DNA of 64,000 bases from Chthoniobacteraceae bacterium (GCA_031409335.1 JANNWY010000195.1:47767-111766), one strand, 5' to 3'; positions 18,901 to 27,323 are shown, counted from the first letter of the stretch. Made by a program: numbers and translations. Notes: generated by a model from the sequence alone, not told the origin.

Positions 18901-21680
18901 AAGATCAGGCGCTGGCGCGGCTGGCGGAGGTGAACAAGGCGCAGACCGCGCAGATCGCTTCGCTCACGCGGCAACACGCTGATTTTGTCAAAGAGAAGGA
19001 CGCCGCCCTGAAACGCGCGGCGCAGACGGCGGACGCGCAAAAGCGGCAGATCGAGTCGCTCGAAACCGCGCACGCTGTCGCCGCGCGAGAAAGCGAACAA
19101 GCCCTCGCGCGACTGACCACGCTCGGTGAATCGCACACACTCCAAATCACCTCCGCCGAGACAGAACGCGCGTCGGCGATTCAGGCCCGCGACGAAGCCG
19201 CCGCCGAACTGGCGCGCGTGAACGAAGCGCAGCTCCGGCAGTTGGAGTCGCTGAAAAAACAAAGCGAACAAATCGCGAAGGAACGCGATGGCCTCGCCGC
19301 AAAACTCGCGAAGGATCAAAAAACAAAGCAGGCGGCAGTCGCAAAATTTGCCGTGGAGAAGACCGCTCTTTTCGCCGATCGCGATGCGGCGATTGCAAAG
19401 TTCAAGGAGGCGAACGCAGCGCAGAAAAAGCTGAACGAATCGCTCACGATCGAGCGCGAAAACGTGCGCCAGGAGCGCGACCAACTTCGCGCGGAACTCG
19501 CGCAAGCGGTCGATGCCCACAAGACGCAGCTCGACGCGCTGGCGGAACAGCGGAACGCCGCGCTGAAAGATCACGAGGCGGTCCTCGCGCGCTTTACCGA
19601 GATGAATGCGGCGCAGGCGAAGCAGATCGAATCGCTCCAGCTTCACCGCGCCTCCGTTTCCAAAGAGCAGGCGGCTGACGCGCCACGGCTGCAGGAAATC
19701 GCCAAAGCGCAGCAGACCCAGATCGAATCACTGGGCAAGGAGCGCGATGCGGTCGTGCGGGAGAAAGAAGCGTCCATCGCGGAGATCAGTCGCGTGAATG
19801 CGGCGCAGCAACAGCAGCTCGGCGCCCTCGTCGAAGACCGCGCCAGCCTCATCACCGCACGCGATGCGGCGCAGGCGAAGTGGAAGGAAATGCAGACCGC
19901 GCAGGTGGCGCAGATCGCTTCGCTCACGGGCCAGCTCACCGAGTCGAATGCGGAGCGCACGAAGGCGCTCGACCAACTCGCGCAGGTGAACGCCGTGCAG
20001 CAAAAGCGCATCGAAACGCTGAGCACCGAACGCGAGGCGGCGAGGGCGGAGATCGCGCGCCTTCAGGAAACCCATCGCGGCGAAATCGAAAGCATCCATG
20101 CCCGGCACTCCGGCGCGGCCAAGGCACTGATCGAACTTCAAGCCGACCGGGAAAAGGCGCTGCGCGACCGGGACGAAGCCAACGCCCTGAGTGTCCGCGC
20201 GAAAGAGAATCACCTCAAGCAACTCAACGCGCTCACCAGCGAACGCGACACGCTGCTGCACGAGCGCGACCGCGCCCTCGTCCGCCTCGAGAGCCTGGCG
20301 GAAACGCACAAGGGCGACGTGGGAGCGGTTGCGCTGCGCACCGATTCGCTGCGCTCCGAAATCGCGGCGCTCACGGAAAAACACCGGCACACGGTCGCCG
20401 AACGGGACGAGCTGCAGGAGCGGATCGAACGACTGAAAGACGCCAACTTAAAACAAGTGGCAGAACTCGGGCAGGAACGCCTCACCATCGTGGAAGAGCG
20501 CGACCGGGCGCTGATCCATCTCGAAAATTCCGAGCAAAAAGTTGCCGATGTTTCAGCCACGCTGGAGAAGGAGCGTGACTACTTTAACAAGGAGCGGGAA
20601 AAAGCGTTCACCCTGCTCGACGAGGCCAGGAATGCGCGGCATCGCGTGGAGCAAATCCTCGATGAGAAATCCGCTTTTGCCCAGGAACTCACCCACGCTC
20701 AGGAAGCGCTGCACAGCCTCGCGGCGGCAACACCGGAGAAATCCGAAACCACGGTGAAGCTCGAAAAACTGCTCGCGGGTTTGAAAGCAAAACTCGCCGG
20801 CGCACGCCAGACCACCAGTGAAACCGCGAACCTCGCGGCCTTCCAACTGTCCCCCGCCGAGAAACTGCTCTCGCGGCACAAATACAAAATCGAGCGCGGC
20901 CAGTCGGACGAACAGACGCCCGGCGTCTGCCGTGCGCGCGACGTGAATATCGACCGCACCGTCGCGATGAAACTCGCCGGTGAAAAACCCGAAACACGCG
21001 ACCAGTCCATCGCGGAACTCATCGCCGAAGCGCGGATCATCGGGCAGTTGGAACACCCGAACATCCAATCCATCCATGAACTGAGCGTGAATGAAAACGG
21101 GAACGCCTTTTACACCGCCCGGCCAATGAAGGGCACGAGTCTCGCGAAGATTCTCGACGATCTCGCCGCGAAGAAAAACAGCGCGATCGTGCGCTACAAT
21201 CTCAAGCGCCTGCTCGCCATCTTCGACCGGGTCTGCGACGCGCTGGCGTTCGCCCATTCCGAAGGCATCGCCCACGGCCTGCTCAGCGCGCAGACCATCG
21301 TGGTCGGCGACTTCGGCGAAGTTCTCGTGACCGGCTGGGAACGGGCCAAAAAAATCCGCCAGGAAAACGTCGGCACGTATGAAGCCGACATCCGCGCCGA
21401 CATCGCCGCGCTCGCCGATTTACTCCTCCACATGCTCACGCTCACCCCGCCGGTGCCCGGCGAGAAGAAGCCAAAAGTGAAGCTCGCCGCGAGTTGGAAA
21501 GTTCCGAAAGGTCTCTTGAAACTGACGCTGCGCATCCTGCGCGACCGCGGTGCGACGGCGTATCCGAGAGTCACGCAATTGCAGACGGACGTGGAAGATT
21601 TCCGCGACGACCTCGGGCCGCGCGGCGGCCGGGCGTCCGCGTTCGATCGGGTCAAACAATCGCTGCAACGCTGGCAGTAA
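12924..21680 (+). CDS. Giant FHA domain / coiled-coil / Ser-Thr pseudokinase protein (~2,900 aa)
   Basis: ORF 12840..21680, start ATG 12870 or 12924. FHA motifs IGRDPSCD, ISRKHA and DLGSTNGT; about 2,500 aa of A/E/Q/R-rich helical repeats; C-terminal kinase fold with VAMK, EARIIGQLEHPNI and VCDALAFAHSEG but degenerate catalytic motifs. Confidence 0.9.
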   Translation: MLKQAEIIVREGSKALAEYLFDPGNYVIGRDPSCDILVNSLGISRKHAQLTVTADRLIVRDLGSTNGTYLGEDLVVGEQPVLPGSAIRIGTLGSVEVRLVDAKVQPQNGNGNGNGNGHAQGNGNGNGNGSDHGQSRIGQLEKAMAEAQSERVSAIGQVAELRAQLDAATQELAAARSETQMGFESSGKLAREMEAQTEELAALKTTHRAFTEKYEMALAESDHLRATHENQRREWEEQRGVLTSRVQTLEAGQRESAVAAQAQLGALRQESADVLKARDAALADASQEREAHRTYRQQMAAEMAELREKNQRQLEVLNADWEQVITERDDALHRLAESGGELQTRIAALLRERDEARKLAQDREQNLAVSTKAIEALKREGSALTQQRDEAEKAKAALGAEAQAARQQLAESETNHSRKIASLQWERDELEKMARAVQEEFDQHRAAITREKSTLNVEVATLTDSHKAQLDQISAELQAAAKERDETARQFAEFKSASQKRMAAVTSERDELTKAAGEQHAELQRLREEAAQTKTALSGEMAALAQTRDTQIEQLTSERAEALRKFAELKTSSEQQCNLLRTQRDEFEKIAKAAKAERDQAVQAKAELSGEVTTLAETRTAQLAQLKSSSEQQLAALRKERDGFEKAAKAAQAELVRDRDEAAGIKAALSGEMANRSAQIEKVVGERAAALREIEELKTSSGQQLAALREERDEFQKNAKAAQAELVRDRDEAAGIKAALSGEMANRSAQIEKVVGERAAALREIEELKASREQQLAALRNERDEFEKAAQALRSELDRERGEAAQTKAALSGEMATLSETRTTELERLTQERQAALEARAETLLRIEGLKADSERQFAALRTERSEFEKIAKAAQAELSREREQAALAQATLSGEMTTLVETRTAQFDELKKSSGQHIAALQKERDEFQKTAKAARAELDRERSLAAQAKAALSGEMATLSETRTMEIERLTQERQAALEARAETLLRIEGLKADSERQFAALRTERNEFEKNANAAQAELSREREQAAQAKAALSGEVATLIETHTAQIQQLTNERAETLRRIEELKTNSERELAALRAERDELGARERDAQGKIAAMARAVESGEREIAALTRQRGEIESDRAATSDQLAKLADAHKAQLESIAAERVALIAERDKAVARIATISEVHQRNLDEHHKGRLALTAERDRAFAQFGDLRTALENEISSIKEDRSAAIRELEQGLARLTDLNAAQNIQIEALTIERDNALSTGTLEVAAVARANEARKKEIAALEAQRDALAKEKEEAVRQFTRQIAGLEARAKGAANEAAKQLAAKETELAEWRESVTSLGAQIAAVSHQRDEANTALSKATDDRAKQAEAFDAERQTARRESDETAARFAAGREDLQKQIAALNEQSAVIARERDEARNRIAELANTHATRIATFEAERAAVRQERDQAAAQAAELAAEQRRQIEALTDQRERLIGERDRALAHFSEISDSHRQQLVAGETERLSLIGSRDQTVSQIEQIRANHEGQIAALDETHRAAIREHDAALGRMSELSEAQQRQIESLIGERNLLVSRLEEAERRSATEAQSLRQNLKAIDVERGRVVGERTATAKELGRVIDEQKARIEQLTQQGAFLTKERDEALARIETLTADRRREAEESAAQHADALRDRDETLARFTALCEEHASTAANLGQQREAVVAERDHALAQSLQQREEHFREIETLRGEHRGALEKRDAAVSRLQGIIDAQKRQMDGLAADGASIRTDRDAQMTSVRAELSAAIKDRDQTIAEMLRANESQSERIALLNTQIDGLNRGKEESAAGLQQLRQTHKEQTEFFENERAGLLKARGEAIERLTAVVTAQQEQIAAAQQQREMLLGERDEMRGQFAEVSAAHTRQIETLLAEKDQPQALFAQLSGSHREHVETLSLNVDALRKERDQAFAQFEKINEAQKTQIETLVRQRDYTLAEGEEARAQLTGVNTAQAKQIKSLERERAAVIREKDQALARLAEVNKAQTAQIASLTRQHADFVKEKDAALKRAAQTADAQKRQIESLETAHAVAARESEQALARLTTLGESHTLQITSAETERASAIQARDEAAAELARVNEAQLRQLESLKKQSEQIAKERDGLAAKLAKDQKTKQAAVAKFAVEKTALFADRDAAIAKFKEANAAQKKLNESLTIERENVRQERDQLRAELAQAVDAHKTQLDALAEQRNAALKDHEAVLARFTEMNAAQAKQIESLQLHRASVSKEQAADAPRLQEIAKAQQTQIESLGKERDAVVREKEASIAEISRVNAAQQQQLGALVEDRASLITARDAAQAKWKEMQTAQVAQIASLTGQLTESNAERTKALDQLAQVNAVQQKRIETLSTEREAARAEIARLQETHRGEIESIHARHSGAAKALIELQADREKALRDRDEANALSVRAKENHLKQLNALTSERDTLLHERDRALVRLESLAETHKGDVGAVALRTDSLRSEIAALTEKHRHTVAERDELQERIERLKDANLKQVAELGQERLTIVEERDRALIHLENSEQKVADVSATLEKERDYFNKEREKAFTLLDEARNARHRVEQILDEKSAFAQELTHAQEALHSLAAATPEKSETTVKLEKLLAGLKAKLAGARQTTSETANLAAFQLSPAEKLLSRHKYKIERGQSDEQTPGVCRARDVNIDRTVAMKLAGEKPETRDQSIAELIAEARIIGQLEHPNIQSIHELSVNENGNAFYTARPMKGTSLAKILDDLAAKKNSAIVRYNLKRLLAIFDRVCDALAFAHSEGIAHGLLSAQTIVVGDFGEVLVTGWERAKKIRQENVGTYEADIRADIAALADLLLHMLTLTPPVPGEKKPKVKLAASWKVPKGLLKLTLRILRDRGATAYPRVTQLQTDVEDFRDDLGPRGGRASAFDRVKQSLQRWQ
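14865..15290 (+). repeat. Intragenic near-identical tandem duplication, 213-nt (71-aa) period
   Basis: AKAAQAELVRDRDEAAGIKAALSGEMANRSAQIEKVVGERAAALREIEELK begins at 14865 and again at 15078. Confidence 0.9.
15351..16060 (+). repeat. Intragenic duplication, 429-nt (143-aa) period
   Basis: gcgctttccggcgagatggcgacactcagcgaaacgcgcacg occurs at 15351 and 15780, each followed by near-identical ERLTQERQAALEARAETLLRIEGLKADSERQFAALRTER. Confidence 0.9.
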
Positions 21681-21748
21681 GCGGAAGCGCCGGAGGATTC
21701 ACCGCCAAAAAAATTGCGATCCGTGCCGCTTGCACGTTCGGAGTGATC

Positions 21749-21965
21749 CGATTTCCACAGACTCTCTGCGTGGAGGGAGAACGTCCAAGCATGAAAGCCG
21801 AAGGCCTTGGACTGCGGTGATTCCTTCACCGCTCTCGCAGAGCACGGCGCGTCATCGTCCGGTGACGCTTTTTCCCAAAGCGGTGAAGGAATCACCGCAG
21901 TCCAAGAGCCTTCGGCTTTCATGCTTGGGCGCTCCACTTTCAAACAGAAGAGTCCGTGGAAATCG
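21749..21965. repeat. Long imperfect palindrome (REP/MITE-like, family A copy 1) between convergent genes
   Basis: Arms about 21749-21833 and 21879-21965 are reverse complements with a few mismatches. Each holds the inner hairpin GCGGTGA-TTCCT-TCACCGC. Confidence 0.85.
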
Positions 21966-21967
21966 TG

Positions 21968-22936
21968 TTACGGACGCTGGAATTTGAAAGTCGGCTTCGT
22001 CATCGTGGAAACGTAAACAATGTCGGCGCGCGGGTCCCACGCGAAGTTTGGCCCGACGCGGGCAATGGCGAATCCTGCGGGCAGCGGAGCAGCCAAACTG
22101 AACGACATACCGCCGTCTTTCGTTTCAAGAAATCCAGCCTGGCCGACCACGACGTAGTGCTGCTCCGACTCCCCGAACATTGGGCCGTAGATCATGCTGT
22201 ATGGCTTGTCCTGACTACCGGGTGCGCTTCGGTTCCATGTCGCACCTTGGTCCCTGCTGGTAAGGATGCCCGTGCCATCGCACCAATAGACGATGCCTTT
22301 GAATACGACGGGCACGGCGGAGGAGGGCGTCTCGGCGAAAACTTGCGCCCATGTCACGCCAGCGTCGGTGCTGCGAAAGATTCCCGGTTCTTTTTCCTTT
22401 GTGGCGACGAACGTGGTCCGATCAAAAATGCCGCAACCGCTGAAACCCTTGGCGAGGTCCTTCCACGTCGCGCCGCCATCGTCGCTCGTCGTGAGCAGCC
22501 CGCCGCTTTCGTGACGAATCGCGAGGAGTCGCCGGCCCGTGTCCGCCCAATCCACCGCCCCAAAATCGAGGTGCGATGTTTTGAATTTCGCCCACGTCTT
22601 TCCGCCATCGGTCGTAATCGCGCTGTCGCCGTAGATCATGAAACACGCGAGCCGCTTTCCCGCCGGATCAGCCTGCAAGGCCCAGCCAGTCTCGCAGCGT
22701 CCTCCGATGGCCTTGTCGTCGCATCGCGCGAACGTCCCGCCGTGATCGCCGCTGCGCCAGAGCCCGAGATCGCTGATGACCATGAAGACATCGCCGCTCA
22801 CGCGATCGGCAACCACGCCCGCAGTCGGTCCGCCATAGCCAGGTTTCAATGGACTCGTGACGGGATCGGAAATGTTCACCCATTCGCCCGCGAAAGCGCT
22901 GGCAGTCAGTGCGAGCAGGAGGGAAAGCGTCTTCAT
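21968..22936 (-). CDS. Secreted BNR/Asp-box repeat (sialidase-fold-like) beta-propeller protein
   Basis: Signal peptide MKTLSLLLALTASAFA (ATG 22936 overlaps the upstream TGA). Asp boxes SGDHGGTF, TTDGGKTW, SDDGGATW, STDAGVTW, SRDQGATW. Confidence 0.85.
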   Translation of the reverse strand: MKTLSLLLALTASAFAGEWVNISDPVTSPLKPGYGGPTAGVVADRVSGDVFMVISDLGLWRSGDHGGTFARCDDKAIGGRCETGWALQADPAGKRLACFMIYGDSAITTDGGKTWAKFKTSHLDFGAVDWADTGRRLLAIRHESGGLLTTSDDGGATWKDLAKGFSGCGIFDRTTFVATKEKEPGIFRSTDAGVTWAQVFAETPSSAVPVVFKGIVYWCDGTGILTSRDQGATWNRSAPGSQDKPYSMIYGPMFGESEQHYVVVGQAGFLETKDGGMSFSLAAPLPAGFAIARVGPNFAWDPRADIVYVSTMTKPTFKFQRP

Positions 22937-24144
22937 TTCTTTTGGATGCAATAGAGCGTCTTGTCGCCGCGCAGGAAAATTCTTCCATCGCTGATGGCGG
23001 CACTCGCCCGATTCTCCTCGCCGATTTCATTCGTCGCGAGCACTTCGAGTTTCTCGCCGACCTTGAGCACGTAACTCTTCCCCGCGCTCGCAAAGTAGAT
23101 GCGCCCATCGCCCGTCGCGACCGGGCTCGCCCATGTGGAAACGCCGGGCAACCGTTCGGAGAAGGCAAGTTCACCGGTGGCCAGCTTGAAGCATTTCAGG
23201 ATCTCCGGACTGTGCGTGCGCCAGACCAAATCGCCCGCGATGATCGCCGAAGACAAGCCTTCGGAGATTTGCGGGATCGTCCATTTCAGATGCGTCTTCG
23301 TCACATTGCCCGCGCCGCCCGGATCGACGCAGACCCCTTTTCCGCCGCGCCCGCTGTCACTGAAAACAACCCCGCCGCCGAACGCCGGCGACGACGCATC
23401 GCCCTGCGCCGCGCACCACCACAGGATCTTCCCGCTCGCGGGATCGACGCCCTGCAACGCTCCCGATGCGCTCACGAGCATCTGCGACTTTCCCGCGACA
23501 TTCACGATCACCGGCGTGCTATGCGCAAAACCGGTTTCCGGGCGCTTCGCCTCCCATTTGATTTCGCCCGTGGCCTTGTCGAACGCGACGATGCTCGAAG
23601 TCTTGCCCGTCTGATCGCAGTCGAGAATGACGGTATCGCCATAAAGGATCGGGCTGCTGCCGAGCGCCACGTCGAATGCGGTATTCGCGAGTTCTTTTCG
23701 CCACACAAGTCTGCCGTTGAAGTCGAGCGCGGCGACCACCGCCGAGCCAAAGACGACATACACGCGCTGTCCGTCGGTGCATGGCGTCGGAGCGCCGTAG
23801 CCGCCGCGCAGGTCTTTTAGAATCAAGGCTCCCGGCTCCACCGCCGTCTCCCATAGCGGCTTGCCGTCCGCTATTGCGAAGCAAAGGACGCGATGCGCGA
23901 GCGGCTGATTTTGCGCGGACGTTACGAATACGCGGTCGCCAAACACGATCGGCGACGACCACGGATTGTCGCTCTTCGGCAACGCCGCGCGCCACGCGAT
24001 ATTCTCGCCGGTCTTCGCATTCCATGTGAGCGGCAAGTCACGTTCGTCCGTGAGACCCAAGCCGCTTTCACCACGAAACTGCGGCCAGTTTGCCGCATGC
24101 GCCGCGACTGCGAAAGCAAACAGCAACAGCGCGCAAATCCTCAT
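22933..24144 (-). CDS. PQQ-binding-like (BamB-like) beta-propeller repeat protein
   Basis: Signal peptide, NWPQFRG start, WSSP/ASP strands and A.D..TGE..W repeats typical of PVC-phylum propellers. Confidence 0.88.
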   Translation of the reverse strand: MRICALLLFAFAVAAHAANWPQFRGESGLGLTDERDLPLTWNAKTGENIAWRAALPKSDNPWSSPIVFGDRVFVTSAQNQPLAHRVLCFAIADGKPLWETAVEPGALILKDLRGGYGAPTPCTDGQRVYVVFGSAVVAALDFNGRLVWRKELANTAFDVALGSSPILYGDTVILDCDQTGKTSSIVAFDKATGEIKWEAKRPETGFAHSTPVIVNVAGKSQMLVSASGALQGVDPASGKILWWCAAQGDASSPAFGGGVVFSDSGRGGKGVCVDPGGAGNVTKTHLKWTIPQISEGLSSAIIAGDLVWRTHSPEILKCFKLATGELAFSERLPGVSTWASPVATGDGRIYFASAGKSYVLKVGEKLEVLATNEIGEENRASAAISDGRIFLRGDKTLYCIQKK

Positions 24145-24221
24145 GGCATCTTACTCCGCTGCCGGCTCGGCCTTTTGCTCAGGCAGCAGGAAAGTGAGGG
24201 TTTGCGTGGCTGGTAAAATGG

Positions 24222-25724
24222 TCAGTGTTCGATTTCGGGTTTGGGTTCGGGGAGCCAGTGCGTGAGGACTGCGCCGATCAGCGCATAGACGCCGGCGACG
24301 ATGGCACCCATCACCGCGATCTTCGCGGCACTCGGCGGATTGGATTCGGAAAGGGTGATGGTGAACCATGCGGCGGCGGTCCCGATCACGCGCCCGCCGA
24401 TGTTCGCGGCGAAACTTTCCCCCGTGCCGCGCAGGTGCAGCGGGAAGACGAGCGGGATGTAGTTTCCCCAAAACGAGAACTGCGCGACGACGAAGAGCCC
24501 AGCGAGAAAAATGCCCGCTTTCACCAGGCCGAGCGAGTCGCCGCCGAGATTGCCGGAGAGCCACCAGAAAAAGAACGGCACGAAAAGGAGCGCGGGAATT
24601 TGGAAGACGCGGAGCAGCGCGCGGCGGCTGACGATGACGGTGGCGAGCAGCGCAAAAATCACGCGCCCGGCGAGGCCGCCGAGTTCCTGCGCGCTGGAGA
24701 TTTTCGCCACCGCTTCGTCGCTGGCATTCGCGCCAATCTGGCGTTTCTGCGCGGGCGTGAGTTCGGGTTTGCCCGCGGCTTTGGCCTCGGCCACGGCTTT
24801 GCCCACCGCCGCTTTTGCCGTGGCGATGATTTCCTTGTGCCCACGCTCGCCGGGCGTCCCGATACCGGCCGCGCCGATGATTTGCGGGAGCTGCTGGATC
24901 GCGCCAAAAGCGAGCCCGTAGCTGGCGGCGAAAACGAGCGTGGTGACGACCGTGGTGCGGATGAGGCCAGGGCTGAAAAGTTCCGCGATGCTCGGGCGCT
25001 TGAGCTGACCGCTTGCGCGCTTTTGCGCCCACGCGGGCGACTCGGGCAGGAAGGGCCGGATGAGGATGAGCGGCAGCGCCGGGATGACGCCGGAGATGAG
25101 CGTGTAGCGCCACGCCTCGTTCCCGCCCTGGATCGCGGGAAGACTGAGCGCCCATTTCGCGGCGGCGATATTCGCGAGGGCGACGAGGATGCCGCCGAGC
25201 GAGGAAAATGCCTGCGTGTAGCCGAGCACTTTTTCGCGCTGGCGCGGGTCGGTGAAAAGTTCGGCGAGCCACGCGACGGCGGCGACGAATTCCACGCACA
25301 CGCCAATGAAAACGAGGCAGCGGAAGAGGAGCAATTGCGGAAGCGTGGTCGCGAAGCCCGCGGCGCAGGCCGCGCCCGCGTAGAGTAGTATGCTGAACGT
25401 GAGCACGCGGCGGCGACCGAGCAGATCGGTGAGGTAGCCGCCGAGCAGCCCGAAGACGCCGCCCGCGATGGCGGGCACGAAGAACAGCGTGCGCGCCCAC
25501 TTCACATACATTTCACCGCCCGGCAGCCACTTCGCCATCGCCTCCGGGCGCGGCATCCCGCCCGCGACCATTTGCTCGACGAGCGGCGCGCTGAGCGCGG
25601 CCATCGCGGGCTTGATGATGAGCGGGAGCATCAGCAGCTCGTAGATGTCGAAGGCAAACCCGATCGACGCGATGATGCAGATGAGCCATTGCGTGCGGGA
25701 TAGACCGCCGGTGGAAGTGGACAT
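24222..25724 (-). CDS. MFS transporter
   Basis: About 12 hydrophobic segments, motif A GYLTDLLGRRR, AELF, LPESP, and C-terminal LPEP. Confidence 0.92.
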   Translation of the reverse strand: MSTSTGGLSRTQWLICIIASIGFAFDIYELLMLPLIIKPAMAALSAPLVEQMVAGGMPRPEAMAKWLPGGEMYVKWARTLFFVPAIAGGVFGLLGGYLTDLLGRRRVLTFSILLYAGAACAAGFATTLPQLLLFRCLVFIGVCVEFVAAVAWLAELFTDPRQREKVLGYTQAFSSLGGILVALANIAAAKWALSLPAIQGGNEAWRYTLISGVIPALPLILIRPFLPESPAWAQKRASGQLKRPSIAELFSPGLIRTTVVTTLVFAASYGLAFGAIQQLPQIIGAAGIGTPGERGHKEIIATAKAAVGKAVAEAKAAGKPELTPAQKRQIGANASDEAVAKISSAQELGGLAGRVIFALLATVIVSRRALLRVFQIPALLFVPFFFWWLSGNLGGDSLGLVKAGIFLAGLFVVAQFSFWGNYIPLVFPLHLRGTGESFAANIGGRVIGTAAAWFTITLSESNPPSAAKIAVMGAIVAGVYALIGAVLTHWLPEPKPEIEH

Positions 25725-25742
25725 GCGAAAAATTGCGCGAAG

Positions 25743-27323
25743 CTACTTTTTCTCCGCGGGCTTGTCCGCCGCGACCGGCTTCGCGCCTTCCGCGATCGCG
25801 TAGAGATGCGTCTGCGTGCCGACGTACATCGTGCCATTCGCCACGATCGGCGTGGAGTACACGGGCGCACCCATGTTCACTTCGCTCAGCACCTTCTTCA
25901 CCTTGTCGTCCGCGAGCACCACTACGTCGCCGTCCTCGTCGCCGATATACACCTTCCCATCGACGCAAAAGGTCGAGCCCCAGATGTGCGCCTGCATGTC
26001 GTGCTCCCAATATTTTTTCCCCGTCTCCGCATCAAGGCAAAAGACGAAGCCGCTAAAGTCCGCGATGAAGAGCAGTCCTTTCTCCGGGTCGATCGAGACG
26101 GTGCTGATGGTGCGATGGATTTCTTTGAAATCCCAAATCAGTCCGGTCTTCGTGATGTCACCCTTCTTCGTCGCATCCACGCACACCAGCCGCCCGACAC
26201 CTTCGCCGTGCTCCGGGTCCTGGCCGATCGCGACATACACGCGGTTTTTGTAAAAAACGGGCGTCGAGTTGATCTCGCTCGGGCCTTCCGCGGCGGGATA
26301 TTTGATCGGCTTGCCGGTCTTGTCCTTCTTGTATTCCTCGGGCACGGCGTCGAACCACCAGACCTTCTTCATGATCGCATCCTCGCCCTCTTTCACCGGC
26401 TGGGAATCGAACGCGTAAAGGATGCCGTCGCCACCGCCAAAATAGACGTGATCCTTCCCGCCGACCTTCCCGCTCGAAGGCGAAGTCCACTGGCCGTGCT
26501 TGATGTTTGTCCCGAGTTTCGCGTCGTCTTCGCCGAGAAACGCCCCCGTGTTTTTATCGAGCATGATGAAGCTCGGCGACATCGGCGAAGGGATGTTCAC
26601 ATGCGTCCAGTCCTGCCCGTTCGAGGTGCAGGTGAAAAGGTGGTCGCCGACATTGATGACGGAGGAGTTCGTCGCGTTGTGCGGGAAAACGCCGAGTTCA
26701 TCCATCATGTCGTATTTCCAAAGCATGTCCGCGTCGGTCGGCGTCACTTCCACTTTCGGCTTGCCCGGCCCGACCATGTATTGCCCTTCATCCATGAATG
26801 GACCTTGATTCCCGTTCGCCTGGCCTTGCAGATCGAGACACACAACTTCACACCGGCTCGTCGTCAGCCACACCTTGTCGCCCTCCACCGTCGGCGAACT
26901 CAGCAGCCCGAGATACTCCCAATCATTCACCTTCCCCGAAGCCAGCTTCGGCACCGTGAACTGCCAGATAAATTTCCCCGTGTATTCGTCGAAACAATAC
27001 AGCACCGACTTGTCATCCTTGAACCGCGCATCGCGCGGCGTCGCGTTATTCGTCCCCACGAGCACCTTCCCCGCCGACACCACCGGATTCCCATAAGTCT
27101 GCGACCCGAGCTTCACGACCCACTTCACATTGCTCGTCGTGGAAAGATCCACGTCCTCCGAGTTTGGCTTAAACTTACCCGGCTCAAACTTCGCCGGAAA
27201 CCCCTTCGCCTTGGAATACATATTCCGCCCTGGATCAGCCCCGCCCCATTGAGTCCAGTCGTCGGCCTGAACGCTGGCGGCGAGCGAGGTGAAAGCGAGG
27301 GCGGAGAGGAGACGATGATTCAT
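25743..27323 (-). CDS. PQQ-binding-like beta-propeller repeat protein
   Basis: Signal peptide, DWTQWGG, KWVVKLGSQTYGNPVV, CLDAETGKKYW, VYSTPIVANG. Confidence 0.88.
   Translation of the reverse strand: MNHRLLSALAFTSLAASVQADDWTQWGGADPGRNMYSKAKGFPAKFEPGKFKPNSEDVDLSTTSNVKWVVKLGSQTYGNPVVSAGKVLVGTNNATPRDARFKDDKSVLYCFDEYTGKFIWQFTVPKLASGKVNDWEYLGLLSSPTVEGDKVWLTTSRCEVVCLDLQGQANGNQGPFMDEGQYMVGPGKPKVEVTPTDADMLWKYDMMDELGVFPHNATNSSVINVGDHLFTCTSNGQDWTHVNIPSPMSPSFIMLDKNTGAFLGEDDAKLGTNIKHGQWTSPSSGKVGGKDHVYFGGGDGILYAFDSQPVKEGEDAIMKKVWWFDAVPEEYKKDKTGKPIKYPAAEGPSEINSTPVFYKNRVYVAIGQDPEHGEGVGRLVCVDATKKGDITKTGLIWDFKEIHRTISTVSIDPEKGLLFIADFSGFVFCLDAETGKKYWEHDMQAHIWGSTFCVDGKVYIGDEDGDVVVLADDKVKKVLSEVNMGAPVYSTPIVANGTMYVGTQTHLYAIAEGAKPVAADKPAEKK

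Noticed and set aside
12924..21680. SMC/SbcC ATPase or phage tape-measure protein
   Set aside because: No Walker A/B or signature motifs, no hinge and no phage genes; the termini are FHA and kinase-like.
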